A DNA stretch of 64,000 nucleotides from Steroidobacteraceae bacterium (GCA_035307465.1 DATGIA010000019.1:6905-70904), one strand, 5' to 3'; shown: positions 8,817 to 18,557, numbered from the stretch's first letter. Translations and numbers: made by a program. The notes: a model not told the origin generated them from the sequence alone.

Positions 8817-10619
8817 TCAAGAGCTCGGTTTCTTGCCGACCTGCAGCACCGCGAGGAACGCTTCCTGCGGAATCTCGACCTGACCCACCTGCTTCATGCG
8901 CTTCTTGCCCGCCTTCTGCTTCTCGAGGAGCTTGCGCTTGCGGGTGATGTCGCCGCCGTAGCACTTGGCGAGCACGTTCTTGCGCATGGCCTTGACGCTG
9001 GCGCGGGCGATGATGTGGCTGCCGATCGCGGCCTGCACGGCAATGTCGAACATCTGCCGGGGAATCAGCTCCTGCATCTTGTCGACGAGCTCGCGACCCC
9101 GGGCATATGCGTTGTCACGATGCACGATCAGGGACAGCGCATCGACCGGATCACCGTTGATGAGCACATCGAGCTTGACGAGCGGAGCCTCCCTGAAGTG
9201 ACTGAACTCGTAGTCGAAGGAGGCGTAGCCGCGGCTCGAGGACTTCAGGCGATCGAAGAAGTCGAGCACCACCTCGGCGAGGGGCAGCTCGTACTGCAGC
9301 GAGACCTGGCTGCCGAGGAACAGCATCTTCTTCTGCACGCCGCGCTTCTCGCTGCACAGCGTGAGCACGGCGCCGACGTAGTCGGGCGGCACCAGGATGT
9401 TGGCGATGATGATCGGCTCGCGCAGCTCCTTGATGCGATCCTGCGGCGGCAGCTTGGTCGGGTTGTCGACGTTCACCGTCGTGCCGTCCGTCAGGTGCAC
9501 CTCGTAAATGACGGTGGGAGCGCTGGTGATGAGATCCAGGTCGTACTCACGCTCGAGGCGCTCCTGCACGATGTCCATGTGCAGGAGTCCGAGGAAGCCG
9601 CAGCGAAAGCCGAAGCCGAGCGCGGTCGACACCTCGGGCTCGAAATGCAGCGCCGAATCGTTGAGCTTGAGCTTCTTCAGCGCGTCGCGGAACTGCTCAT
9701 AGTCATCCGAGCTCACCGGAAAGAGGCCGGCAAAGACCCGGGGCTGCACCTGCTTGAAGCCTGCGAGCGGTGCCTTGGCCGGATTGGCCTCGAGCGTGAT
9801 GGTATCCCCGACCGGCGCCCCGTCGATCTCCTTGATGCCGGCGACGACGAACCCGACCTCGCCGGTGCGCAGCGCATCGCGGCTCACCGGCTTGGGGGCG
9901 AACCGGCCCAGCCGGTCGACGATGTGGCTGCGGCCGGTGGACATCACCCGGATCTTTGCGCCCGCCTCGATGAAGCCGTTCATGACCCGTACCAGGGAGA
10001 CCACACCCACGTAGTTATCGAACCACGAATCGATGATGAGGGCCTGAAGCGGAGCATCGGGGTCGCCGCGCGGGGCCGGGATGCGCTTCACCAGGTGCTC
10101 GAGCAGCTCGCGCACCCCCTCGCCCGTCTTGGCGCTGACCAGCGCCGCATCGTCGGCGGGTATGCCGATGATCTCCTCGATCTCGTGAATCACTTTGGCC
10201 GGATCCGCCGACGGCAGATCGATCTTGTTGATGACCGGCAGCACTTCGAGGCCCTGGTCCAGGGCGGTGTAGCAGTTGGCCACGCTCTGTGCCTCGACCC
10301 CCTGCGCCGCATCGACCACCAGCAAGGCCCCCTCGCAAGCGGCGAGCGAGCGCGACACCTCGTATGAGAAGTCGACGTGGCCGGGCGTGTCGATGAAGTT
10401 GAGCTGATAGAGCTCGCCGCTCGTCGCGCGAAACCCGAGCGTCACGCTCTGGGCCTTGATGGTGATGCCGCGCTCGCGCTCCAGATCCATCGTATCGAGC
10501 ACCTGCGCCTGCATCTCGCGCGCATCGAGCCCGCCGCATTCCTGGATGAAGCGGTCCGCGAGGGTGGACTTGCCGTGATCGACGTGCGCGATGATGGAGA
10601 AATTGCGGATATTGTTCAT
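8817..10619 (-). CDS. lepA: Translation elongation factor 4 (LepA)
   Basis: ORF 8817..10622(-). The first track codon is TTG; the adjacent ATG 10619 ([20 protein letters not shown]) is taken as the start. [12 protein letters not shown]. Confidence 0.97.
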   Translation of the reverse strand: MNNIRNFSIIAHVDHGKSTLADRFIQECGGLDAREMQAQVLDTMDLERERGITIKAQSVTLGFRATSGELYQLNFIDTPGHVDFSYEVSRSLAACEGALLVVDAAQGVEAQSVANCYTALDQGLEVLPVINKIDLPSADPAKVIHEIEEIIGIPADDAALVSAKTGEGVRELLEHLVKRIPAPRGDPDAPLQALIIDSWFDNYVGVVSLVRVMNGFIEAGAKIRVMSTGRSHIVDRLGRFAPKPVSRDALRTGEVGFVVAGIKEIDGAPVGDTITLEANPAKAPLAGFKQVQPRVFAGLFPVSSDDYEQFRDALKKLKLNDSALHFEPEVSTALGFGFRCGFLGLLHMDIVQERLEREYDLDLITSAPTVIYEVHLTDGTTVNVDNPTKLPPQDRIKELREPIIIANILVPPDYVGAVLTLCSEKRGVQKKMLFLGSQVSLQYELPLAEVVLDFFDRLKSSSRGYASFDYEFSHFREAPLVKLDVLINGDPVDALSLIVHRDNAYARGRELVDKMQELIPRQMFDIAVQAAIGSHIIARASVKAMRKNVLAKCYGGDITRKRKLLEKQKAGKKRMKQVGQVEIPQEAFLAVLQVGKKPSS

Positions 10620-10698
10620 CAAGGGGTCAAGGCATCCTCGGCGGGGCTCGAGGAGCCCGTGTGCATCCCCGGGATGGCCCCGTCGCGCAAAGGCGGGG

Positions 10699-10704
10699 AT
10701 TATA
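10699..10704 (-). promoter_or_regulatory. Candidate -10 element for lepA
   Basis: A perfect TATAAT on the minus strand (plus strand attata) about 80 nt upstream of the lepA ATG, overlapping the stop of the glutaredoxin-like gene. There is no convincing -35, so support is weak. Confidence 0.3.
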
Positions 10705-10954
10705 CCGGGCAGCCGCGCGAAGCGAGGGACTTGAGAAGCTCCTCGAGATCGAGCCGGCCGTGACAGACCAGCTCGCCGTCGAGCAGCAGCACCGGGATCT
10801 TGTGCCCGTAGCGGACGCGATCGGACTCATCGAGATCGATGTTCCGCACCTCGACGGGCAGATCCCGGGCGGCGGGATGCGCGGCGAGCGCCAGCAGCAT
10901 CTCCTCGCAAAGACTGCATCCCGGCCGCGAGTACAGCAAGAACTGGTGGCCCAC
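10700..10954 (-). CDS. Glutaredoxin-like (DUF836-type) small thioredoxin-fold protein
   Basis: ORF 10700..10954(-), 84 aa, GTG start preceded by [21 protein letters not shown] CxxC motif, then [10 protein letters not shown]. Confidence 0.8.
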   Translation of the reverse strand: MGHQFLLYSRPGCSLCEEMLLALAAHPAARDLPVEVRNIDLDESDRVRYGHKIPVLLLDGELVCHGRLDLEELLKSLASRGCPV

Positions 10955-10968
10955 GTCGGGGCTCGCTC

Positions 10969-12003
10969 CTAGTGCGGGTCGTGCGCTTCGACGGAGTGAG
11001 CGATGAATTCGACCGTCTGCGCAGGCACCTCGCCCACCGCCGTCACCTGATGTCCCTGGATGACGGTCGAGAAAGCAAAGCCCGACCCCACGCGGGCGAG
11101 CCCCTGCATCGGCGGAGCCGGCGGCGGGCCCGACTGGGCGGGCGCCGACTGGGCCGCGCCTGCAGGCTCTTCGACGAAGACCGAGACGGTGGCGAGGCCG
11201 TCCGAGTACACGAGGTGCGCCGCCGGCAAGCCCGCGCCGTTGATGGTCTGGGCCCCGGCATCGGTGAGGTGAAAGCCGGGAGGCAGCTGCTTGGACTGGA
11301 AGGCGGAGAGCGTCGGCTGATCGAGATCATGGGAGGGCCCCTGCCGCACCCAGCGCATGCCCTCGGTGCGCACCGCCGGGGCGAGCGCGCTGTCGGGAAT
11401 GCTCTCCGGCATCTCGAGCCGCGCGAAGAGGATCTGCTCGATGACCTGGCCGCTCGCGTCGCAGAGCTGTGTTTTCAGCGGCATGGCCGTGCTCTCGTCG
11501 AGCCAGAGTCGATAGCCGAAGCGGTAATCATCCTTGGGCTTCACCGCAATGATCTGCGCAGGTCGACCCAGCACGTGGGTCGCAGACAACAGCTCGAGAC
11601 GGTAGTAATCATTCACGTCGGCGCCGAATTGCGGCAATGAGCCCAGGAAGGGACCGCGATCCTGTCGCGGCTCCACCAGCACCGTGTGCTGATCGGGCAG
11701 ATAGCAGGTGAGCTCGCCGTCATTGCGGATGTATTCGCGACCCGAGCCGTCGAGCGACATCAGCCGCTCGGTGATGCGCCCGCCTTTCACGCGGTGCAGG
11801 ATGCGCAGCGTCTCCACCCGCCCCTCGCTCAGGCGAAAGAACGTGCCGTCGTAGTTTCGCGTGGCCAGCGCCTGATTCATCCTTTGCAGCCACGCGCGCG
11901 CATCATCCGCGGCCCGCGAGGATCCCGGAGCGCCGAGCGCGAACGCGCCGACCACGGCACAGGGGAGGAGCCAGCGAGAGCAAACGGCCACGGTGGGTCT
12001 CAT
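10969..12003 (-). CDS. rseB: Sigma-E regulatory protein RseB/MucB
   Basis: ORF 10969..12003(-), 344 aa. Signal peptide, then WLQRMNQALATRNYDGTFFRLSEGRVETLRILH, typical of MucB/RseB. ATGA overlap with rseA. Confidence 0.9.
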   Translation of the reverse strand: MRPTVAVCSRWLLPCAVVGAFALGAPGSSRAADDARAWLQRMNQALATRNYDGTFFRLSEGRVETLRILHRVKGGRITERLMSLDGSGREYIRNDGELTCYLPDQHTVLVEPRQDRGPFLGSLPQFGADVNDYYRLELLSATHVLGRPAQIIAVKPKDDYRFGYRLWLDESTAMPLKTQLCDASGQVIEQILFARLEMPESIPDSALAPAVRTEGMRWVRQGPSHDLDQPTLSAFQSKQLPPGFHLTDAGAQTINGAGLPAAHLVYSDGLATVSVFVEEPAGAAQSAPAQSGPPPAPPMQGLARVGSGFAFSTVIQGHQVTAVGEVPAQTVEFIAHSVEAHDPH

Positions 12004-12701
12004 TGCGCGGATCGCGCATCCTGCGGGACGGGCTGGCGCAGCGTCGCGTCATGCATGACGGCACCGCCGCCCGCCCCGGCGCTCGCGCCTGGGCCCGGCT
12101 CGTCGGGAGCGGCCAGCAGCTCGGACAGGACATTGCTCTGGCCAAGCGCCGAGGAATATCGACTGTGCGCGAAGATGTAGCTCGTGAGCCGAGCCCCGGG
12201 AATCGCCCCCGCTCCGACCGCCGGCGCCGTGGGCACCGTATAGGGTTTGGCGGGCTCATTCGCCTGGTTGGCGACTTGCGCGACCTCGCGCACCGCCCCC
12301 ACCAGGGGCGATGAGCTTGGAGCAGGCGTCACGAGCGCAGTGCGCAGCGCAGGCGTCAGCGCTCTGTGCTGGATCGCGACCACGGCGACCGCGGCAACGC
12401 CGGCCGCCAGGGCGACGCCGGCAAAGGGCCGCCACCAGTGGCCGGGCCGCGCCCGTGCGGCCACCGCCTCGCCCGCCGCGATCGGCTCGCCGTCGATCGT
12501 CGCATTGATTCGAGTGGCAAAGCCGCGGGTGATCTGCGACCGGCCCCCGACCCGCATCGCCTCACCGATCAGGGCATAACGCCCGAAGCTCTCGCGCAGG
12601 TCCGCATCGCGCGCCAGGCGCTTGAGCAGCAGCTCGGTCTCCGAGGTGGGAAGCTCTCCATCGAGGAAGGCCGAAATCTGTTCACGAATGGGTTCGCTCA
12701 T
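12000..12701 (-). CDS. rseA: Anti-sigma-E factor RseA/MucA
   Basis: ORF 12000..12701(-), 233 aa. N-terminal anti-sigma domain MSEPIREQISAFLDGELP...RYALIGEAMR and a central TM helix. ATGA overlap with rpoE. Confidence 0.88.
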   Translation of the reverse strand: MSEPIREQISAFLDGELPTSETELLLKRLARDADLRESFGRYALIGEAMRVGGRSQITRGFATRINATIDGEPIAAGEAVAARARPGHWWRPFAGVALAAGVAAVAVVAIQHRALTPALRTALVTPAPSSSPLVGAVREVAQVANQANEPAKPYTVPTAPAVGAGAIPGARLTSYIFAHSRYSSALGQSNVLSELLAAPDEPGPGASAGAGGGAVMHDATLRQPVPQDARSAQ

Positions 12702-13300
12702 GTGTCCTCGGGACGGCCCAGGCCGCCGTCAAAGATCGGTCGCAGCTTCTTGTCGATCGCCTCTCGGGCCCTGAAAATGCGCGAGCGCACCGTGCCGACC
12801 GGACAGTCCATCGTCTGGGCGATATCCTCATAGCTCAAACCCTCGAGCTCGCGCAGCACGATGGCCGTGCGCAGGTCCTCGGGCAGGTTCTCGATCGCGC
12901 GATTGACGGTGTCGCGGATCTCATCGGTGAGCAGCAGCGCCTCGGGGGTCTCGGACTCGGACAGTCGCGCATGCAGATCGTACTGCTCGGGATCCTGCAG
13001 ATCGAGGTCGTAGTCCATCGGGCGGCGCTTGGTCGCGACGAGCGCGTTCTTCGCGGTGTTGATCGCGATTCTATACAGCCATGTGTAAAAAGCACTATCG
13101 CCGCGAAAGGACTGGAGTGCGCGATACGCTTTGACAAAAGCCTCTTGGGCAATGTCCTCGGCCTCAGTCGCATCGTGCACGTAACGCATGATCAGCTTCA
13201 GCACCTTGTGCTGGTATCGCAGGACCAACAAATCGAACGCCGCGCGCTCGCCGCGCTGGACCCGCTCGACCAGTTTGAGGTCACTCTCTTCGACCGTCAT
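12698..13300 (-). CDS. rpoE: ECF RNA polymerase sigma factor RpoE/AlgU
   Basis: Part of ORF 12698..13363(-). Start at ATG 13300 (MTVEESDLKLVERVQRGERAAFDLLVLRYQHKV). Region 2 DIAQEAFVKAYRAL, region 4 LEGLSYEDIAQTMDCPVGTVRSRIFRAREAI. Confidence 0.95.
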   Translation of the reverse strand: MTVEESDLKLVERVQRGERAAFDLLVLRYQHKVLKLIMRYVHDATEAEDIAQEAFVKAYRALQSFRGDSAFYTWLYRIAINTAKNALVATKRRPMDYDLDLQDPEQYDLHARLSESETPEALLLTDEIRDTVNRAIENLPEDLRTAIVLRELEGLSYEDIAQTMDCPVGTVRSRIFRAREAIDKKLRPIFDGGLGRPEDT

Positions 13301-13342
13301 TCGTGAGCCCAAACCGGCGTGGGGCTTGCCCAGCCTGTCGCG

Positions 13343-13369
13343 ATAGACCGGGCCGCCTGCCAAAAGTTC
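13343..13369 (-). promoter_or_regulatory. Sigma-E-type (autoregulatory) promoter upstream of rpoE
   Basis: The minus strand reads GAACTT-N16-TCTAT (plus strand aagttc 13364-13369, ataga 13343-13347). This matches the RpoE/AlgU consensus GAACTT-N16/17-TCnnA and lies about 45-70 nt upstream of the rpoE ATG. Confidence 0.6.
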
Positions 13370-13480
13370 GACAAGCTCGAGAGCGAAGTCATAGCAAGCG
13401 TGACATTACGCACAAGGTGGGGATTCTAACAGCCGGCTCCGGAGGCCTTCGGCTCCCGCCGAGCCTCGCTTCGGCACCGA

Positions 13481-13759
13481 TCAGGGATTGCTCGTGCGGG
13501 TGGCGGCGAGGGCAGCGCTCGTGGGCGCGGTGATCGCCTCGATCAGGGCGCGCAGCTCGGGGGTCGGAGCCGCGAGGGTGCCGAAGCACCAGGCATGAAT
13601 CAGGGGATCCTGGAGCTCGAGGAGCTCGCGAAAGATCCTCTGCTCCGCGACCGCGGCCGACGCGAATCGTTCCTCGATGTATCGGCCGAGGAGCACGTCG
13701 AGCTCCTTCATACCCCGGCGGCATCGCCAGCGCAGCTTGCCGAGCTCCTCGCCCCCCAC
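13481..13759 (-). CDS. sdhE: FAD assembly factor SdhE (SDHAF2 homologue, DUF339)
   Basis: Part of ORF 13481..13849(-). KLRWRCRRGMKELDVLL contains the RGxxE motif. Start placed at GTG 13759 (92 aa), just downstream of the sdhB stop; the start is inferred. Confidence 0.85.
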   Translation of the reverse strand: MGGEELGKLRWRCRRGMKELDVLLGRYIEERFASAAVAEQRIFRELLELQDPLIHAWCFGTLAAPTPELRALIEAITAPTSAALAATRTSNP

Positions 13760-13776
13760 CCTGCGCTGCCCCGGGC

Positions 13777-14565
13777 CTAGTGACGCCGCAGCGCGAGCAT
13801 CTGCTTGATCTCGCTGATGGCCTTGGCGGGATTGAGGTCCTTGGGGCATGCCTCGGTGCAGTTCATGATGGTGTGACAGCGATACAGCCGGAACGGGTCC
13901 TCGAGCTCATCGAGCCGCTCACCGGTCGCCTCATCGCGGCTGTCGGCGAGCCAGCGGTACGAGGCGAGCAGGGCGGCCGGTCCCAGATAGCGGTCGGCGT
14001 TCCACCAGTAGCTCGGGCAGCTGGTCGAGCAGCAGGCACAAAGAATGCAAGCCGAGGGGCGATCGATCCTCTCCTGGTCCTCCTTGGACTGCAGTCGCTC
14101 GCGATCGGGGGGCGGCGGGGTCTGTGCCTGCAGCCACGGCTTGACCGAGGCGTACTGGGCATAGAACGTGGTGAGGTCCGGCACCAGATCCTTGATGACG
14201 GGCATATGCGGCAAGGGGTAGAGACGCACGTCCCCTTTGACATCCGCACAGGCGCTGATGCAGGCAAGCCCGTTCGCGCCGTCGATGTTCATGGCACAAG
14301 AGCCGCAGATCCCCTCGCGGCAGGAGCGCCGGAAGGTCAGGGTCGAGTCGACCTCGTTCTTGATCTTGATGAGCGCATCGAGAATCATCGGGCCACAGCT
14401 GTCCATGTCGAGCTCGTAGGTGTCGATGCGCGGATTCTCCGCACCGTCGGGATCGAAGCGGTAGATCTTGAACACACGCACGTTCTTCGGGCCCGGGGGG
14501 GCTTTGTAGGTGCGCCCGGCGTTCTTGCGTACCTTGGAGTGCGCGGGCAGCGTGAACTCGGCCAT
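13777..14565 (-). CDS. sdhB: Succinate dehydrogenase iron-sulfur subunit
   Basis: ORF 13777..14565(-), 262 aa, GAGGAG SD. Cysteine clusters [35 protein letters not shown]. Confidence 0.97.
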   Translation of the reverse strand: MAEFTLPAHSKVRKNAGRTYKAPPGPKNVRVFKIYRFDPDGAENPRIDTYELDMDSCGPMILDALIKIKNEVDSTLTFRRSCREGICGSCAMNIDGANGLACISACADVKGDVRLYPLPHMPVIKDLVPDLTTFYAQYASVKPWLQAQTPPPPDRERLQSKEDQERIDRPSACILCACCSTSCPSYWWNADRYLGPAALLASYRWLADSRDEATGERLDELEDPFRLYRCHTIMNCTEACPKDLNPAKAISEIKQMLALRRH

Positions 14566-14574
14566 CGATTCTCC

Positions 14575-16356
14575 TCAGTAGGTCCGGGCTTTCGGCGGAA
14601 AGGACTCGACCTCATCGTCGAGCGGCTCGAGCTGCACGGGTCGGTAATCAAAGCGCGTCTCGCCCCCGGAATCCACCCAGCACAGCGTGTGCTTCAACCA
14701 GTTCTGGTCATCCCGGTTCGGAAAGTCCTCGCGCGCCTGAGCACCGCGGCTCTCGGTGCGCTGCTCGGCCGAGTGCATGGTCGCAACCGCCTGGAGCAGG
14801 AGATTGTCGAGCTCGAGCGTCTCGATGAGGTCGGTGTTCCAGATGAGCGAGCGGTCCGTCACGGCGACATCCAAGAAGGAGTCGAAGACCTCGTGCAGCC
14901 GCCGCTTACCCTCGTTGAGCGTGTGCGCAGTACGAAATACCGCGGCATCGCTTTGCATGATGCGCTGCATGTCGAGCCGGATGTCGGCGGTGCGCCTCGA
15001 GCCCTTGGCATGACGCAGCCGATCGAGGCGCGCGAGCGCGGGCTCCGCGGCGCCCGCGCCCACGGCGCGTTGCGCGGCGCCGGGCTTGATGGTCGCCGCG
15101 CAATGGCGTGCCGCCTCGCGTCCGAAGACGACGAGGTCCAGGAGCGAGTTCGAGCCGAGGCGGTTGGCGCCATGCACCGAGACGCAGGCGGCCTCGCCGA
15201 CTGCGAGCAGCCCGGGCACGCGTTCGTCGCGCCCGTTGCGCCGGTCGAGGACCTCGCCTTGCACGTTGCAGGGAATACCGCCCATGTTGTAGTGAACCGT
15301 GGGCAGCACCGGAATCGGCTCCTTGGTGACGTCGACATCGGCAAAGATGCGCGCCGTCTCCGCGATCCCCGGCAGGCGCTCGTGAATGACCTGCGGCCCC
15401 AGATGCTCGAGGTGCAGGTCGATGTGATCCTTGTTCTTGCCGACGCCGCGCCCCTCCCGGATCTCGATCGTCATGGAGCGGCTGACCACATCGCGCGAGG
15501 CGAGATCCTTGGCATTCGGCGCGTAGCGCTCCATGAAACGCTCGCCGAGCGAGTTGGTGAGATAACCGCCTTCGCCGCGGGAGCCCTCGGTGATCAGGCA
15601 ACCCGCACCATAGATTCCGGTCGGATGAAACTGCACGAACTCCATGTCCTCGAGCGGCAGCCCGGCGCGCAACACCATGCCGCCGCCATCTCCCGTGCAG
15701 GTGTGCGCGGAAGTGCAGGAGAACCAGGCGCGCCCGTAGCCTCCGGTGGCGAGGATGACGGCATGCGCGCGGAAGCGGTGCAGGGTGCCGTCGGACATGT
15801 CGAGCGCGATCACGCCGCGGCACTCCCCGTCCTGCATGAGCAAGTCGAGGGCAAAGTACTCGATGAAGAACGTCGCATCGTGCTTGAGGGACTGCTGATA
15901 GAGCGTGTGGAGCATCGCATGCCCGGTGCGATCGGCCGCAGCGCAGGTTCGCTGCGCGATGCCCTTGCCGAAGTGCGTGGTCATCCCGCCGAAGGGGCGC
16001 TGATAGATCCGCCCCTGCTCGGTGCGCGAGAAGGGCAGCCCGTAATGCTCGAGCTCGAGCACGGCGGCGGGCGCCTCCCTGCACATGAATTCGATCGCAT
16101 CCTGATCGCCGAGCCAGTCCGAGCCTTTGACGGTGTCATACATGTGCCAGCGCCAGTCGTCCTCGCCCATGTTGCCGAGCGCGGCCGAGATGCCGCCCTG
16201 AGCCGCGACCGTGTGGCTGCGGGTCGGGAAGACCTTGGTGATGCAGGCGGTCGAGAGGCCCGCTTCGGCGAGTCCAAAGGTGGCGCGCAGGCCCGCACCT
16301 CCCGCGCCGACGATGACCACATCGTAAGCGTGGTCGATCAGCTCATAGGCGCTCAT
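14575..16356 (-). CDS. sdhA: Succinate dehydrogenase flavoprotein subunit
   Basis: Part of ORF 14575..16674(-). Start at ATG 16356 ([25 protein letters not shown]) gives an ATGA overlap with sdhD. Covalent-FAD histidine context [10 protein letters not shown]. 593 aa. Confidence 0.97.
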   Translation of the reverse strand: MSAYELIDHAYDVVIVGAGGAGLRATFGLAEAGLSTACITKVFPTRSHTVAAQGGISAALGNMGEDDWRWHMYDTVKGSDWLGDQDAIEFMCREAPAAVLELEHYGLPFSRTEQGRIYQRPFGGMTTHFGKGIAQRTCAAADRTGHAMLHTLYQQSLKHDATFFIEYFALDLLMQDGECRGVIALDMSDGTLHRFRAHAVILATGGYGRAWFSCTSAHTCTGDGGGMVLRAGLPLEDMEFVQFHPTGIYGAGCLITEGSRGEGGYLTNSLGERFMERYAPNAKDLASRDVVSRSMTIEIREGRGVGKNKDHIDLHLEHLGPQVIHERLPGIAETARIFADVDVTKEPIPVLPTVHYNMGGIPCNVQGEVLDRRNGRDERVPGLLAVGEAACVSVHGANRLGSNSLLDLVVFGREAARHCAATIKPGAAQRAVGAGAAEPALARLDRLRHAKGSRRTADIRLDMQRIMQSDAAVFRTAHTLNEGKRRLHEVFDSFLDVAVTDRSLIWNTDLIETLELDNLLLQAVATMHSAEQRTESRGAQAREDFPNRDDQNWLKHTLCWVDSGGETRFDYRPVQLEPLDDEVESFPPKARTY

Positions 16357-16742
16357 GCGGGCGAGCGCCCGAACGCGATCTGCAGCAGCGCGAAGATCGC
16401 GCTGCCCGCGATCAGCACATAGGCAAATCGCAGCAGCAACAGCAGGAACACCTTGACTCCGCGCACATGCACGTAATCCTCGACGATCACGGCGGTGCCG
16501 AGATCGCTGTGATAAGCCATCACCGCCACGAGCAGCACCGCGAGCAGGCTGTGCAACGGCTCGGCGAAAAAAGTGCGCACGGCGAGAAAGTCGAGTCGTG
16601 GCAGCGCCAGCAGCGCACCGACCGCCCAGAGCGTGAGCGGCACCAGCGCCACCGAGCTCACGCGCTCCGCCCACCAGTGACCGGTGCCGTCCTTGGCCGA
16701 GCCCATGCCGAGCACTCGCCCGAGAGGGCTGCGCAGGCTCAT
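16353..16742 (-). CDS. sdhD: Succinate dehydrogenase membrane anchor subunit
   Basis: Last 129 codons of ORF 16353..17084(-): [36 protein letters not shown]..., three hydrophobic helices. ATGA overlaps on both sides. Confidence 0.88.
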   Translation of the reverse strand: MSLRSPLGRVLGMGSAKDGTGHWWAERVSSVALVPLTLWAVGALLALPRLDFLAVRTFFAEPLHSLLAVLLVAVMAYHSDLGTAVIVEDYVHVRGVKVFLLLLLRFAYVLIAGSAIFALLQIAFGRSPA

Positions 16743-17137
16743 AACCGATCGCTCAGCCACAATCCGCTCCACAGCCCGAGCGTCAACACCACCGAACCGC
16801 CCACCACCACCCAGCCGCTCACGGTGCGGGCGCGGCGCTCGAACCCCAAGCCGATATCCCAGAACAGATGCCGAATGCCGTTGAGCAGGTGATAGAAGAA
16901 TGCGAACGACCACGCCACGAGCCACAGCAGGCCGACGGGGCTCATGAAGAGGTGCTGGGCCTGGCGATACGATGCGCTCCCATGGGCGAGCGCGAGCACG
17001 AAATAGGCGAGCGCCGGCAAGCCGAGCGCCAGCGCAAGGCCGGTCAATCGATGCAGGATGGACAGCGTGTTCCCCATCTGCCATCGATAGATGTCGAGGT
17101 GCGGCGACAGCGGTCTCGCCCGAAGCGGAGTGCTCAT
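16739..17137 (-). CDS. sdhC: Succinate dehydrogenase cytochrome b556 subunit
   Basis: Last 132 codons of ORF 16739..17284(-): [41 protein letters not shown] about 10 nt upstream of ATG 17137. Confidence 0.9.
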   Translation of the reverse strand: MSTPLRARPLSPHLDIYRWQMGNTLSILHRLTGLALALGLPALAYFVLALAHGSASYRQAQHLFMSPVGLLWLVAWSFAFFYHLLNGIRHLFWDIGLGFERRARTVSGWVVVGGSVVLTLGLWSGLWLSDRL

Positions 17138-17177
17138 GTTCAGCGAACCCTCCAGTACACGGTGGAGCCTCGTCGCA

Positions 17178-17354
17178 TCAGAAATCGATGCACCGGCCGC
17201 GCTGCTCCCAGTCGCCGTATCGGGTCGGGTCGGGACCCTCGCGCCCACCCACCTCCCGCGGCCGCGCCGGCTCGGTTGGGCCAACAGGGCTCGATTCCGC
17301 CGGGGTGCGCTCCAGTGTGGGTCGTGCAGGAGGGTTCGAAGGTGAGTCGCTCAT
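17178..17354 (-). CDS. DUF1674 family small protein (SDHAF4/Sdh8-like)
   Basis: C-terminal 58 codons of track ORF 17178..17480(-): MSDSPSNPPARPTLERTPAESSPVGPTEPARPREVGGREGPDPTRYGDWEQRGRCIDF. It ends in the family signature GG..GP(E/D)PTRYGDWE.(K/R)GR.(I/T)DF. GC3-rich codons like the neighbours. Lies 40 nt upstream of sdhC on the same strand. The start could instead be ATG 17396; there is no clear SD. Confidence 0.75.
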   Translation of the reverse strand: MSDSPSNPPARPTLERTPAESSPVGPTEPARPREVGGREGPDPTRYGDWEQRGRCIDF

Positions 17355-17539
17355 CGCCGTGTGTGAAATTGTGCCAGAAAACAGCACCGTACGCATGGCC
17401 GGCGCATCGATCGCCGGGCCTGCGCACCGGCGCGTCCATACTCGAGCGCCGGATCGCACGAGGGGTTGACAGCAGCGCATCTGCGACCTTCTGATGGGCT
17501 CATGGAAATGGATACGTATTTGCCCTCGGCCCCCGGGCC

Positions 17540-18493
17540 ATGAGCGCGCGGCTCGTCGATCTCGGCGTGCTGCGCTTCGCAGGCGTCGACGCGATCACCT
17601 TCCTGCAAGGTCAGCTCACCAACGACATGCGACGGCTCGCGCAGAGCGAACCCTTGCTCGCTGCGTGCGTGAGCGTGCAGGGTCGCGTACTGGCGGTGTT
17701 GCACCTGTTGCCGCACTCCGAGGGAATCCTCGCCGTGCTGCCGCGTGAGCTCATACCCGGGCTGCAGGAGCGGCTGCGCCGCTTCGTGCTGCGCTCGAAG
17801 GTGAAGATCGAGAATCTGAGCGATGAATGGTGGGTCGCCGGAATGCGCTCTCGCGAGGAGCTCGCGGCGGCCGCTCTCACGCCGCCCGCGCCCCGATCTT
17901 ATCTCGAGGACTCGCGCATCGGCGTGGCCGCCGTCAGCGCCGACCACGCCGAACACGCCGACCACGCCGAACACGCACGCTACTGGGGGGTCGGGCCTGC
18001 GGCCGCGCTCGAGGCTCGCGGACTCCGCAGCGAGTCCGAAGAGCACGCGCTTGCATGGCGGCTCGCCGACATCCGCGACGGCTTGCCGCAGATTCGCGCG
18101 GCCACGAGCGAGATGTTCATCGCGCAGATGCTGAACCTCGACCTGATCGATGGGATCAGCTTCTCCAAGGGCTGCTACACCGGGCAGGAGATCATCGCCC
18201 GCACTCAGCACCGGGGCCGCATCAAGCGGCGCATGTTCCGTCTCGCCCTGCCGCGCGCGCTCGAAATCGGAGCGCCGCTCGCGCTCGAGGACGGGCGCGC
18301 CGGCCGCGTGGTCGACTGCGTGAGCCTCGGCGGACGCTGCGAAGCGCTCGCCGTGCTCTCACTCGCGCCCGGCACCGTCGAGACCGGCGACCCAGAGGCC
18401 TCCAACGAGGGCTCCAGCCCCGAGAGCCCGACCGCCCGACTCGCCGCCACCGAGCTGCCGCTCCCTTACGCGCTCGACGCGGAGTCTCGATGA
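17540..18493 (+). CDS. ygfZ: Folate-binding Fe-S cluster repair / tRNA-modification protein YgfZ (CAF17/IBA57 family)
   Basis: ORF 17540..18493(+), 317 aa. AITFLQGQLTNDM N-terminus and the diagnostic FSKGCYTGQEIIARTQHRG motif. Confidence 0.9.
   Translation: MSARLVDLGVLRFAGVDAITFLQGQLTNDMRRLAQSEPLLAACVSVQGRVLAVLHLLPHSEGILAVLPRELIPGLQERLRRFVLRSKVKIENLSDEWWVAGMRSREELAAAALTPPAPRSYLEDSRIGVAAVSADHAEHADHAEHARYWGVGPAAALEARGLRSESEEHALAWRLADIRDGLPQIRAATSEMFIAQMLNLDLIDGISFSKGCYTGQEIIARTQHRGRIKRRMFRLALPRALEIGAPLALEDGRAGRVVDCVSLGGRCEALAVLSLAPGTVETGDPEASNEGSSPESPTARLAATELPLPYALDAESR
17941..17976 (+). repeat. Perfect 18-bp tandem duplication inside ygfZ
   Basis: cgaccacgccgaacacgc occurs twice back to back (17941-17958 and 17959-17976), in frame, giving ADHAEH-ADHAEH. 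Confidence 0.95.
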
Positions 18494-18557
18494 CGCCCCC
18501 TGGCACGCCCGACGGCGACCTCGGCCGCGCTGCTGCTCGGGCTCGCCGCGGTGCTGT

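Noticed and set aside
13780-16422. 880-aa plus-strand ORF
   Set aside because: It is antisense to sdhB and sdhA, both of which carry diagnostic Fe-S and FAD motifs on the minus strand. It is a shadow ORF. The same reasoning rejects 56526..59108(-) opposite glnD, 53733..55628(+) opposite tsf/rpsB, 8655..10367(+) opposite lepA, and 1932..3920(+) opposite rlmD and the exonuclease.
14575-16674. Long N-terminal extensions of track ORFs for sdhA (and likewise eno 30914..32569, dxr 49602..51485, rpsB 54636..55925, sdhD, sdhC, frr, acpS, rnc, nagZ)
   Set aside because: The extensions are Arg/Gly/Ala-rich and overlap the upstream gene. They precede a canonical N-terminus, which sits at an ATG or GTG in a 4-nt overlap with the upstream stop or behind a good SD.
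17330-17340. GGTTCGAA, reminiscent of a tRNA T-loop
   Set aside because: There are no flanking acceptor or anticodon arm complementarities, and the sequence lies inside the DUF1674 coding sequence on the other strand.
17371-17385. Sigma-54-like TGGCAC upstream of the DUF1674 gene (minus strand TGGCACAATTTCACA)
   Set aside because: The -12 element is CACA rather than TTGC(A/T), so the match covers only the -24 half.
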